A stretch of 64,000 bases of DNA from Octopus sinensis (lineage: Eukaryota). Of the stretch, positions 37,191-49,076 are shown piece by piece; position 1 is the first letter of the stretch; each line of letters starts with the position of its first letter. A program made the translations under genes and the position numbers. The stretch covers positions 42,656,001-42,720,000 of the forward strand of contig NC_042997.1 of assembly GCF_006345805.1 (NCBI RefSeq). Direction: 5' to 3'. The notes beneath the pieces were generated by a model, which was not told the DNA's origin, did not search any database, and was given only the letters and a program-made list of their open reading frames with translations.

Positions 37191-38204
37191 GAATTCATAA
37201 GTGACGTGCCAAAATGTTGACATCTTATCTACATAGTTGTTGTTCCTTATTGAAGTTCTATGTAGGATATTTCTCAAGCATCTACATAAATAAAAAGCTG
37301 TACACAGCAGTTTGACTAGCTAGAAATTACAACAAAAATCCCCTTTAAATTACATTCTACCATCTTAAATAAGGAACAGAGATACTCCTCAAAAGACAGA
37401 ATGGTCACAGCTGGAATGCTTTTGATTAAAGATCTACTCAGCCGGGAATGATCTGGGGTTTAACAACATATATTCCAAATCAAAAGGATCCCCAAGGTTG
37501 TTTCAGAATCACAGTCTCCTTTGAGAAGATAAATCTCCCCTACTTAAAGTAGTCCTGGATATATTGTATTTTCTCCCATTGACACCAAAACTAGCTTTGA
37601 ACAACAAAAGCAGGTTTGCCAGTTTTATAGTTCTGCCATTACTTACATAAATGAATTATATTATCCTGTGGTGCCTACATAGAGCTTGGGAGTTGGTTTT
37701 TATAGATGCAAACGGCAATCTCTTGACTGATTGTCCAGTACTGTATTAGTTCAGACTCTAATGATTTTCTATGAAATTCTGGCATATATTCTTTCATGTT
37801 TAAAAATAAAGATGGCTAATTGTTGATTATTTTAAGAATACATCATCGTGTAAAGGATATAGCATTGCCTGAATTTACAAGGATGTTTCAATGCATCTAT
37901 TAATTCCAGCTCATATCATTGAGACTACAGCCAGATGGGACCATGTTTTGTATGTTATCTAAAGCAGGATGTGGATTAGTTCAACTTGACAAGGGATTAA
38001 CAATAAGTTCAGCCAGGAACAGAATATACAACTCGTTATTTCAAGAAACTATTTAATCCCATCTGAAAGCATTCAAAATTACATTAACAAACTCTTACCG
38101 GAGAGAAACATTACAATCTCTCTCTCTCTCTCTCTCCCCATCACACACACACACAGGCATAAATATATCCTCTCAGATTTTGTGTGTGTGCGTGTATCCA
38201 TATA

Positions 38205-39336
38205 TATTGGGTCATCCCATAAATAATGCAGTTTTTTTATACTTCTTTTATTTTTCAAAATTAAGATAAACAAATTTTGTTTTCTACAATGCTCTTCCAT
38301 CTATCTGGTAGACTTGCAAGCTCCTTCTTCCAAAATTTACTTGTCTGTGTTGAAAAATACTCCTCCAGAGCTGTTCTGATCTCGTCTACAGAATTCATAT
38401 TTGTTTCCATCTAAATTATTTTGAAGACTGCAGAATAAATGATAATCGAATGGGGCAGTGTCCTGCAAATATGGTGGGTGGGGCATCGTTTCCCATTCAA
38501 ACTGCTCCAGCCTTTGGAATGCCATCCTTACTGTATGTAGCCAAGCATTATCCTGATGGAAGAACACCTTTCATCTTCAAACCAAAGATGGTCGTTTTAC
38601 TTCTAGTGCTGACTTAAGCCATTCAAACTGCCCACAGTAGATCTCCTTTGTTATTGTTTGGTTTGGGCTTAAAAGTTCAAAGTGGGCTAAACCTTTCATA
38701 TCCCACCAAACAGATAACAATATTTTGTGTTGGTGAAGAACTTCTTTAGCCTGAAGTGTCAGTGTTTCTCCCTTACCTACCCACTGTCTCTGGTGCTTGA
38801 CATTTTTATAGAGAAGCCATTTCTTGTCACCAGTCACTATTTGGTCCAAAAAAGGTTCATTTGTGAGATGTGACAACAAAGAAGAGCATACATTCACTCT
38901 CTGCACATGATTAGGCTCTGAAAGTTTGTGAGGAATCCATTGACCCAATTTTCTGACTTTTCTGGTGTTGAATGGTTGAATGACCAAATCCTAGCTTCTC
39001 TACTTGTTCTGGAACCACCATTGACATTGGCTCACACTTATTGTCTGATCCCATAGACTGCATTAATATTCCTTGCACTTTCCGTTGCACTGATGCCTTT
39101 ATTGAACTCATTAAGCAAAATATGCCGAATATGCTCCTACGTCACTTCCATTATAGCTTTGAAAAAACAATTGTTAAAATGGAACTGCACTCTTCAAAAC
39201 TTGCACTAAGAATAAGCACAAGGTAAAATTACTACCTGCTTTTACAGCAAGTTCATGCAAGTAGTTTATCCCATCCCCCTCTGACTTTTAGTTCATGCAA
39301 TTGAAAAAACTGCATTATTTATGAGATGATCCAATA
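38205..39336 (-). mobile_element. Near-full-length defective mariner (DD34D)
   Basis: TIRs TATTGGGTCATCCCATAAATAATGCAGTTTTT / AAAAACTGCATTATTTATGAGATGATCCAATA; WIPHKL, IVTGDKKW, FHQDNAWLH, PHPPYLQDTAPFDYHLF. Confidence 0.93.
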
Positions 39337-39446
39337 TGTATGTATGTGTGATGAACTCTCCCGTCAAAGACAATGTATGAGTGTTCAGCTTCTGCCAATC
39401 AACCTGCACAAATGATTTGTTTATAATGATCAAAAGTATGTGCTGC

Positions 39447-40537
39447 ACACTAGCTCATCATCATCATCATTGTTCGACCGTGGTCGAGGCAATGGAATTT
39501 ACCATGCTACGCCAGACTTCACGGTCCATCATGGCATTACGGAGGTCCTGTTGCTGGATGCCTGTATCCCTGGAGATTACATCAGGGTAGGAGAGTGTGC
39601 GCCCTCTGGTATTGCGAGTAGATGGCTTCCAGAGGAGAAGAGTAGAAATTACTTCTTTTTCAGCTCTACAACAACGTCCAGCAAACTGGACTCTCCTACC
39701 TTTCACAAGAGATGACACAGGTGGTAGTTTCCCATATATTTGCATTTTGGTTGGATGGCGCTTCCACGAGAGATTTTGAGCTCTCATAAGGAGGCGAGTG
39801 TAGGTTCCATCCAACCGCCTCTCAAGCTTCTTTGATAACGTCCAGGTTTCTGAGCCATATAGTAGAATTGGTTCGACTGTGGCTTTGAAGATTTCAAGTT
39901 TGAAGTCTCTACTTAGATTTGATGACCAGATCTTATGCATGTCATTACAGGCTGACCAGGCCATACCCTTTCTAGTTAGAAAGTCTTTTCCAGATGATGA
40001 TATGTATGACCCAAGATATTTATAATCAGAAACCATATTTAAAGGTGCATTGTTGAGAGTATGGATGATGCAATCACTGTTGGACAGGCACTTGTTTATG
40101 TATTCAGTCTTGGCCTCATTAAGGTAAAGACCTACACAATTTGAGGCTTGTTCAAGAGATTGCAAAAGAGACTGGGCATTGGAGAGAGAATCACTGATAA
40201 GAGCGATGTCGTCAGCAAAGACTTTTCTAAAGCGTTCGATTCTGTAGATAGGTACAAGATGTTTGAAATCCTTAAGCTCTATGGGATACCAGACAAAATC
40301 ATTTCTGCCATCAAGGTCCTCTACACAGATACGTCTTCAACCATCTTAACCCCTGACGGAGAAACATCATCTTTCTCAATCAAAGCCGGAATACTGCAGG
40401 GAGACACACTCGCCCCATTTCTTTTCATCATTGTTGTTGATTATGTGCTACGTATGTCAGTTGATACCATCTCTGGCAAGGGCTTTGAAATAAAACCAAG
40501 AAGAAGTTCCAGACACCCAGCTGAATACACAAGCTCA
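39447..40537. mobile_element. RTE LINE insertion with a 5' inversion (twin-priming structure)
   Basis: Minus part 39458-40219 runs FADDIAL to TVEQ* plus a (TGA)n tail. Plus part 40220-40526 encodes DFSKAFDS...QGDTLAPFLF...PAEY. TSD ACAC(T/A)AGCTCA at 39447-39457 and 40527-40537. Confidence 0.9.
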
Positions 40538-40781
40538 CTCTCTCCATCAAATTGACATTGCCTGAACAAGTGAACTGTATACCACATGTCAGGTATTGAA
40601 GTGATCATGGAGCAATGCGAAATGAAGTTTTTTGCTCAAGAACACAATACACTACCCAGTCTAGGAATTGAAACCACGATCCCACAATTGTGAGTCCATG
40701 CGCTCTCTCTCTCTCTCTCTCTCACACACATACGCACATCTAATAATAATAATAATAATATAAACAATAACAATGGTTTAC

Positions 40782-41026
40782 CTTGCTAATATCAGGAGAA
40801 GGGATAGTTGAAACTTCAGGTGCTGATGCCGTTGTAACATTGACGACTAGTTGTAAGTCTTCACCAGAATGAGACTCTCGGTTGGAAGATGGCCAATTGG
40901 GACCCACAGATTCTGAACGGATATTGCTGCCATCAAATCGGGCAGGTCTTCTCAAACCAACATATTCATCTGATTGATAACGCACTTGAGGTAGGCTTTG
41001 ATTGTAAAATTCTTCCTTATTTATAG
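40782..41026 (-). CDS. Host gene exon (245 nt, phase 1 to 0): (S)INKEEFYNQSLPQVRYQSDEYVGLRRPARF...PSPDISK
   Basis: TTTCTGTCTTTTTTCCTATAG acceptor, AAG|GTAAAC donor; phases match both neighbouring exons. Confidence 0.85.
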
Positions 41027-41903
41027 CTATAGGAAAAAAGACAGAAATAAACAGAAGGGTAAGAGAAATTAATGGATGTCCAAAACTACTGAGAAAATAG
41101 TACGTAAAAATACTTGGTTTTTGGCCCAAGTTTTCTGTTCTTTTTTTTTTTTTTGTTAGAAGATGTGTAGGATCTTTTGAATCTAAGTTGCTTCTTATTT
41201 TTGACTTGGATGGGGATGAAAAATAAAGTCAACCTAGGATGAATCTGAACACAAAAGTAAGAAAGACAAAACAAACGAGAGATTTTAGAGCATTCAGTGC
41301 TACTCTTGTTCCTTTTTGCATTACTTTTGTACCATTGATAAAACTGGGTGTATATATTATAAAATAACCAGAAAAGTTGATAATTCATTGTTATAAATAG
41401 CAAAAATTATTGAAACAATACCAATAGCTAAAACAAAATGCAATCAATGTAATAAAAAATGAAAATTTCTAAACAACATTTTTCTTATTTGAATGTAGAT
41501 ATTCAATGCTAAATGACCTTAGCTCCATCCATGCATCAATACAATTTCATCTAAAAGACTTCACAAAAACAAAACAAAAAAAACATATCATATACACGAG
41601 ACACATTGCCTATATATATCTGTGGTAATTTGTGTGTAGCTTTCTGTGTATGTGTTTAGTATATCAAAAGTGGATAGTTTGATAGTCTACTCCAAGTTTT
41701 GCTCTGGGTTGTTCAAGAACATCTGTGTGTGTGTGTGTGTGTGTATACTCAGAGGCATAAGTGCAGACATATACTGAATTAAATACAATAAATTGCATCT
41801 AAGAAATAAAAACAAATAATTAAAAGTCATTTAAAATTAAAGAAGAAAAACCCCATTCCCATATATTTTTCAATTTTTGAATTGTTATAGCATTTTATTT
41901 AAA

Positions 41904-42297
41904 ACTAGCAGTATTGCCCGGCGTTGCTCATGTTTGTTTTGACCCTTTAGAATTGGATATTTTGAAAAGTAAAAATGTTGCATTATGTAGCTTGTTATTC
42001 TCTTTAATTGAACATTTTTTTGGTTGAAATACACCGAGAAATGACGACACAGCAGTAAAAAAATTGTAAAAAATAGGGATTTTCATAGAAAAAAAGCACC
42101 TTTTTGATGTAAATAATTTTTGGTGTTAACATGGTCCGATTTGAATTTTTTCTTCTATGGAAGGAAGAGCAAGCCTTCTTCTAACATAATCTCAATTTTG
42201 GTCAACTTGTGCTGCAGGGTCTCGGAGGAGATAGTGTTAGTTGAAGGCTACAAAACCTGCCATACACAGACAACTTCAGCTTTATATATATAGAGAT
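41904..42297 (+). mobile_element. Non-autonomous Helentron/HINE-like rolling-circle element (second, inverted copy at 50631-51029)
   Basis: Starts ACTAGCAGTATTGCCCGGCGTTGC and ends CACAGACAACTTCAGCTTTATATATATAGA; two highly similar copies in opposite orientation, no coding capacity. Family assignment is by end-structure analogy. Confidence 0.6.
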
Positions 42298-43059
42298 AAT
42301 TGAAGCATATGATTTGAATAATTAAAGTCTATAGGAACTCCCACATATACAGACACAGAAATAAAATGTCAGTCATAAGTGTCTTTGATGGACTGGGGTT
42401 GATTAAATCAGTTACAACTTTCCTTAATGGATTTTGGTTGTGTGTTAATATATTGTTTGGTGTAAGAGATTAAACTGCATCCAGTGGTGAAGTATTTCAG
42501 CTTGAGTGCTTTGGAGTTTAGCGGAGTACAGAGTTCCTTTTTCGTCATCACTACACCCAAGTCTGTTCTGGTCCAGAGTGGTAGCATCTGTCAAAGGTCC
42601 CAGTTACAGGTCAAATAGCAGAGGATGGACATGTGGCTAAGGTATGAAGGGCTTGTGGGAGAGATGGTATCTAGATATGCGTTACATAGATCTACCAATG
42701 CGTTAATGTCAGGTGAATCAGTGCCCCCCCCCCACCTATGAGTTAAATAGACCTTGTACCTTAGGAGAGGAGGAAACTAAAAGAGTAAATTGTAAACAAA
42801 CCAGTAGAAGACAACAGGAAGCTCCTGCTGTATCTTTCCTAAGAAAAATCATGAATCAGTTCACCAGTTTTAGAGAGTTGTTCAGTAAATATTTGGCAAC
42901 TTTCAAAAATAGTTGCTATAAAGCTTAGAAGGAGCTAAAAGGCACCTCCTACAGATAATGTCCAGCTGCTTCTTCAAATATGTTTGGCAGAACATGATCT
43001 TAGCATTGAGGTCCATGATCCCTGACACTTTTAGGCATGGCATATGAGAAGGGAGAGAG

Positions 43060-43102
<43 letters not shown>

Positions 43103-43714
43103 CATGTGTGTGCGTGTGTATATATGTGTGTGTGTGTGTGTGTGTGTGAAAACATAAAATAAAAAAGTCACTATTAAATAAGGAAGCTTATTTGTTAGCA
43201 AAGGTTTTTTAATGTTTCTTGATAAATACATTTGAAAATCTTTTCATTAAATCAAAATTTATTTATTATCATGGCCGTTGCCAGCGCCGCCCCGACTGGC
43301 CTCCGTGCCGGTGGCACGTAAAAGCACCATCCGTTCGTGTCTGTTGCCAGCCTTGCCTGGCCCCCGTGCCGGTGGCACGTAAAAGCACCATCCGTTCGTG
43401 GCCGTTTGCCAGCTCTGTCTGGCGCCTGTGCGGGTCGCACGTAAAAAGCACCCACTACACTCGCGGAGTGGTTGGCGTTAGGAAGGGCATCCAGCCGTAG
43501 AAACACTGCCAGATCAGACTGGGCCTGATACAGCCTTCTGGCTTCACAGACCCCAGTTGAACCGTCCAACCCATGCTAGCATGGAAAGCGGACACTAAAT
43601 GGTGATGATGATGATGAACACAAAATCCCTGATCTGCCATAAGATGAAAGGAAAAAGAACAAAAAAAAGCACGCACGCACACACACATACACACACAAAA
43701 AAGCACGCACGCAC

Positions 43715-43767
<53 letters not shown>

Positions 43768-43915
43768 TACTTCAGCATAAAACAACACTAACTATTTTAT
43801 AGCATCTGATGCACTGAAAAAATGCCCATCATGGTCGTGAGTCAAGACATTGTCACAACTTTTGCTTTATTTTACCTCTGGTTAAAGCATACAATTCTTC
43901 ATGCTTAGAACTCAC

Positions 43916-44042
43916 AAGTGAATTCCACTTCTGTAACACACTTGAAGTAGTTCATAATGAGAAAGAGCATCAAAGCCATAACATCAATGACACCACTAAC
44001 AACATGAAAATGTCCACATTTTGGGAACCTATAACACCTTTC
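43916..44042 (-). CDS. Host gene exon (127 nt, phase 0 to 1): ERCYRFPKCGHFHVVSGVIDVMALMLFLIMNYFKCVTEVEFT
   Basis: GTGAGT donor, (TG)n-TTAG acceptor, 42 open codons in the phase needed by the next exon; contains a hydrophobic helix. Confidence 0.6.
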
Positions 44043-44332
44043 CTAACACACACACACACACTATTGGTGCAATATATCGTGTGTGTTTCTTAGTGTTTGT
44101 GTTGTAGTTGTTTTCCCACCACCACTTGACAATTGGTGTTAGTTTGCTTATGTTGCCTTAACTTAGTGGTTTGTCAAAAGAGATTGATAGAATAAGCACC
44201 TGACTTAAAAAAATAAGTACTGGGGCTAATTTGTTCAACTAGACCCTTCAAAGCAATGCTCCAGCATGGACGGACTGCATACTTTCTTGTCATTTTCTTT
44301 ATTTCATTCATATTTTATGCATATATATATAT

Positions 44333-45838
44333 CATCATCATCATCATCATCGTTTAATGTCTGTTCTCCGTGCTGGCACGGGTTGGACAGCTCGACCGGG
44401 GTCTGGGAAGCCAGGGGCTGCACCAGGCTCCAGTCTGATCTGGCAGTGTTTCTACAGCTGGATGCCCTTCCTAACGCCAACCACTCCGCGAGTGTAGTGG
44501 GTGCTTTTTACGTGCCACCTGCACAGGTGCCAGGGGAGTCTGGCATCGGCCACGATCGGTTGGTGCTTTTAATGTGCCACCGGCACAGAAGCCAGTCGAG
44601 GCGGCACTGGCAATGGCCACGTTCGGATGGTGCTTTTTATGTGCCACCGGCATAGGTATCACAACTACTATTTCCATCGATATTTGTTTCGATGTTCATG
44701 TACATGCACTTGACTCAACAGGTCTCCTCAAGCACAGCGAGATGTTCTGGGATCCAAGGTACTTTGAATGGGCAGGGGCTATGCGGAACTGGTGCCGGAA
44801 GCAGCCCGGGTCTTTGTAGTCACAGCACATCTCCAGAGATCTCGGTCCTTTGCCATTGCCTCAGTGAGGCCCAACGCTCTGAGGTCATGCTTGACTACCT
44901 CATCCCATGTCTTCCTGGGTCTACCTCTCCCCCTGATTCCTTCAACTGTTTGGGAGCGGCACTTCTTCACACATCTCTCCTCATCCATCCGCAGTACATG
45001 ACCATACCATCGCAAGCGTCACTCTTGCACACCGCATCTGATGCTTCTTATGTCTAGCATTTCTCTCAGGGTGCTTACACTCTGTCGTGCATTCACACTG
45101 ACATTACACATCCAGCGGATCATGCTAGCTTCATTTCTTCCAAGTCTACGCATGTCCTCTGCAGTCACGGCCCATGTTTCACTGCCGTGAAGCATGGCAG
45201 TTCGCACACATGCATCATACAATCTACCTTTCACTCTGAGTGAGAGACCCTTTGTCGCCAGTAGGGGTAGGAGCTTTCTAAACTTTGCCCAGGCTATTCG
45301 TATTCTAGTGGTGACACTCTCTGAGCATCCACCTCCACTACTAACTTGGTCACCCAGGTAGTGGAAACTATCAACTACTTCTAGTTTCTCCCCCTGGAGT
45401 GTGATGGAATCTGTTTTCTGAGTATTTGTGGTGTCTATTGTCCCTGTGCATCTGCTGCACATGAAAGCTATCTTATCAGTTAATTTCCCTTTGATGTTGC
45501 TGCACCTCTTATGTGTCCATAGCTTACACTGGGTGCATCTTATGGAGTTTCTACCTACACCTTTCCTACAGATTGAGCAGGGCCACCTGTCTGATGGGGT
45601 GTGTGTTGAGTTCGCCTTTCTGCTTACTATAACTTTGGTCTTCGCTACATTTACTCTAAGGCCCTTAGATTCTAACCCTTGTTTTCACACCCAAAATTTT
45701 TTTTCTAGTTCCGGTAGTGATTCTGCTATGAGAGCCAGGTCATCAGCATAGAGGAGCTCCCAAGGGCAACCTGTTTTGAATTCCTCTGTTATTGCCTGGA
45801 GGACTATGATGAATAAAAGGGGACTGAGGGCTAAGCTT
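44333..45838 (-). mobile_element. 5'-truncated RTE LINE (RT C-terminus plus 3' UTR)
   Basis: LSPLLFIIVL..WELLYADDL, FHYLGD, AMLHGSETW, RWYGHVLRM, GRGRPRKTW, then 3' UTR and (GAT)n tail. Confidence 0.93.
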
Positions 45839-46116
45839 AGCCAGGCTCATGGGCCCGGTTTCCGTGGCGTATGTGTTCACCCCAGCTGGACAGGACGCCA
45901 GTCCATCGCAGCGTTACTCAAGAAACAGGAAGAAAGAGTGAGAGAAAGTTGTGTCGAAAGAGTACAACAGGGGTCACCACCACCCCCTGCCAGAGCCTCG
46001 TGAAGCTTTTTAGGTGTTTTCGCTCAATAAACACACACAACGCCCAGTCTGGGAATCGAAACTGCGTTCCACCGACTGTGAGTCTGCTGCCCTAACCACT
46101 AGCCCATTGCACCTCC
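45839..46116 (-). mobile_element. tRNA-derived SINE related to family A (same head, different tail) fused to the RTE 5' break
   Basis: Head GGAGGTGCAATGGGCTAGTGGTTAGGGCAGC; shares the family A body up to CTTCCTGTTTCT, then diverges to TTGAGTAACGCTGCGATGGACTGGCGTCCTGTCCAG. Confidence 0.85.
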
Positions 46117-46118
46117 AC

Positions 46119-46151
<33 letters not shown>

Positions 46152-46593
46152 CTATAGAAAATGAATAAAACAAACAATAACAAGAAACAATAACTAAATA
46201 TGAAAATTAAGAGCTTATTTTTAATGAGAAAATGTTAGGATTCAAATGAATGGTAAGTGAATGAGATAATCATTACTCAGCTACTGAAATAATAAAGAAG
46301 GAAACTAATATTGGGGGTGGGGTGAGGGATACTAAAATGCAATGTACCAATTCTACAAAGTTGTTCAGTAAATATTTACCAACTTCCAGAAATAGTTGTT
46401 GTAAGCTTAGAAATAACCAAAATGGCCCTTCTGCAGATAATCCCCAGCTGCTTATGCTCAGCAGAACATTCCAGCTTGCTTTTATACCAACTATTTACAA
46501 TTTAGTCCCACAAACATTATACTAATTCTCTTGTGCTCCTTCTTGACCCAACTTTTGTTTTTCTCTGTTTTGTTTTTTATGTCAATTACTTAC

Positions 46594-46642
46594 TGGGGAC
46601 ACACACCCAAATATCAAAAAACGTTTGTCAAATTGGGGCGCC
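46594..46642 (-). CDS. Candidate alternative exon (49 nt, phase 2 to 0): APQFDKRFLIFGCVSP
   Basis: CA|GTAAGT donor, TG-rich CAACAG acceptor, open only in phase 2; needs an unidentified phase-2 upstream partner. Confidence 0.3.
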
Positions 46643-46868
46643 CTGTTGCACAGTTGACACACCCACCCACACACGTATACACCCACACAATTTAATGTAA
46701 ATATACACTACAGTAAAGACAGTATCAGAGAAACAATTAGGGTATGAACCCAGTAGCTACATAAGAGAACACACCCAGACATAGATTTCTTTATGGTAAA
46801 GCAAAGTAAACTTGAAGAATTATGTAGGACAATAACACACAAACACAATTGTCTCACTCTCTCTTTCT

Positions 46869-46908
<40 letters not shown>

Positions 46909-48165
46909 GATGATGTTAAAAACATGCATGTTTACAATATGTAGATAATTACTATATAATTGACAACATATTACAAACATAGTAGTATATATATATATGT
47001 ATGTGTGTATGTGTGTGAGCATGTCTGTATGCGTGCACAAATTTACATTGATAGCACATAGACTACGCAAAAGCTTCACAGATATTCACAGCAGGCACCC
47101 AATCAAGCATGCACACACACACAACTGAATAATAAAGTAAAAAAGATAAAAGAAGTATATATATTTATAGCCTGGCAGTAAAATATCTGACTCTTGGATA
47201 AAGATAGCAGAGTCAATGCCAGTTTGCAGGCTGTGTTTGAACTTCACAAATACACTGAGTTTGTGCAGTAGAAGAGCAGTAATGTAGAAAGAAAAAAAAA
47301 CATTAAAAAATTATAAAAAAATTAAGAAAGCCCCAGAAAACTATTCATTATTATCTGAATATCACAGAGGTATGATCTGATCTGATTAAAAAGAATCTAA
47401 GAGTTTTCTTCTCAACAGAACTTATAAAATACAACAATAAAGCAAACGTACAGATATAACAGATGCCAATGAGATTAGCACAATGTCTTTCACAGAAGTC
47501 ATTCAGTACAAGGTTGAAAATTATGAGAATTGTAAAAGATAGGTAATGAAAAAGAGTGGGGAGGATGGGGGGATCTTTTCTAAGATGCATTTTGCAAGTG
47601 GCTAAATAGGATTGGCTGGTTGAAAGTTTTTACTTTAAGCAAAGGATATTTTTAACTGACAATGCATGGCTGCAATTTTTGACAAAGAATGTCTCATTCA
47701 ACACTTTTGGAACTCGATTTACAAGACAGGCAAGATATAGAGTGCATGCTAGTTGTAGGATGGTTGCTACTAATCTATTTACGGAAAAATAGTTTGGATG
47801 ATTAACGTGATAGAGATATAATTGAAGAAATCATGAAATTAATTGCATTTAGAGTTGATGAAAGCAATTCTATGAATATGTCTGAAAATATGTATACTTA
47901 AGATATGAAAAAGATTTTTTTTCTTTTTCCAGTGACAGCAGTAAATGAAAAATAAAAGTAAAATGAAACTTATAGAGCACACCTTGTGATTTATTCATAT
48001 TAGTGAAACTGGACTAGGATTGTTAACTAGTAAATATGTCAATTATTCATTGATTATATACATATTAAGTACTCCCATTTTAACTTGCAAAATTCTCTCT
48101 CTCTTTCATTTTCTAACATTTTATACCTTGTACATACAAGTATGCATCTTATAGTTTACACAAAC

Positions 48166-49076
48166 TACAGTGGTATCAAAAAGGGTTCTTCAACTAGTTC
48201 TGTAGCACACCAACAGATGGCAGCACACAGTTGTGTGCACAGTGAAAGCTAGCAGTGACCTTCATGAGACAGTGTGCTGAGTGACAATGCTGTGTTTATT
48301 TTGCAAGTTGTGAAATTTGTGATTTTGTGATCCCGTGTGTCTGCTGTAGTCTGTGATTTTGTCATGGACAGGAACAAAGAGCCAATGTGAAATTTCGTAC
48401 TAAACTTGGGAAGTCTGTTACAGAGACATTGAGAATGCTGCTTCAGCCAGCTTACAGTGATGATGAGGCAATGGGTGATATTCAATGTTTCAAGTGGCAC
48501 AGGTGCTTCCAAAGTGGAAGAACATCCTGGAAGACCTGCCATGAGTGTCATCCCTGGAAATGTATTGTGTATCATGAATTCATCCCTCAGGATCAGACTG
48601 TCAATCAAGAGTTCTACTGCAATGTTTTGAAGCATTTGAGAGAGGACATTTGGGGAAAGTGACCCCAGATCTGTGGAGCATGAAGAATTGGATTCTTCAC
48701 AATGACAATGGACCCTGTCACCAGGTTCTCCTCACTCTTGAGTTTCTCACCAAAAGCAACATCAAACTGCTTCCACACCTACCCTATTTGCCAGATTTAG
48801 CACCTGCAAACTTCCATCTCTTCTCCCCACCAGATGGAAATGCAGTTCAAAGGCCACTGTTTTAACACCATTGTTGAGGTCCAGAGCAAATTGCAGAAGG
48901 CTCTTGACTCGCTTATGGAAAATGGCTTCCAGGCTGGATTCCAAAAGTGGGCAGGAACACTGGAACTGGTGCTACTCAAGGTAACTATTTTGAAGGAAAT
49001 TATGTTAAAACTTAGGTAAATAAGTTATTTTTTATTAAACATAACTAGTCCAAGAACCTTTTGATACCACCTAGTA
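48166..49076 (+). mobile_element. Internally deleted mariner (second, inverted copy at 52277-53173)
   Basis: TIRs with GGTATCAAAAAG; WILHNDNGPCH and PHLPYLPDLAPANFHLF; the 52277-53173 copy has WIFHNDNVSCH and HLSYSPDLALVNFHLF on the minus strand. Confidence 0.88.
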
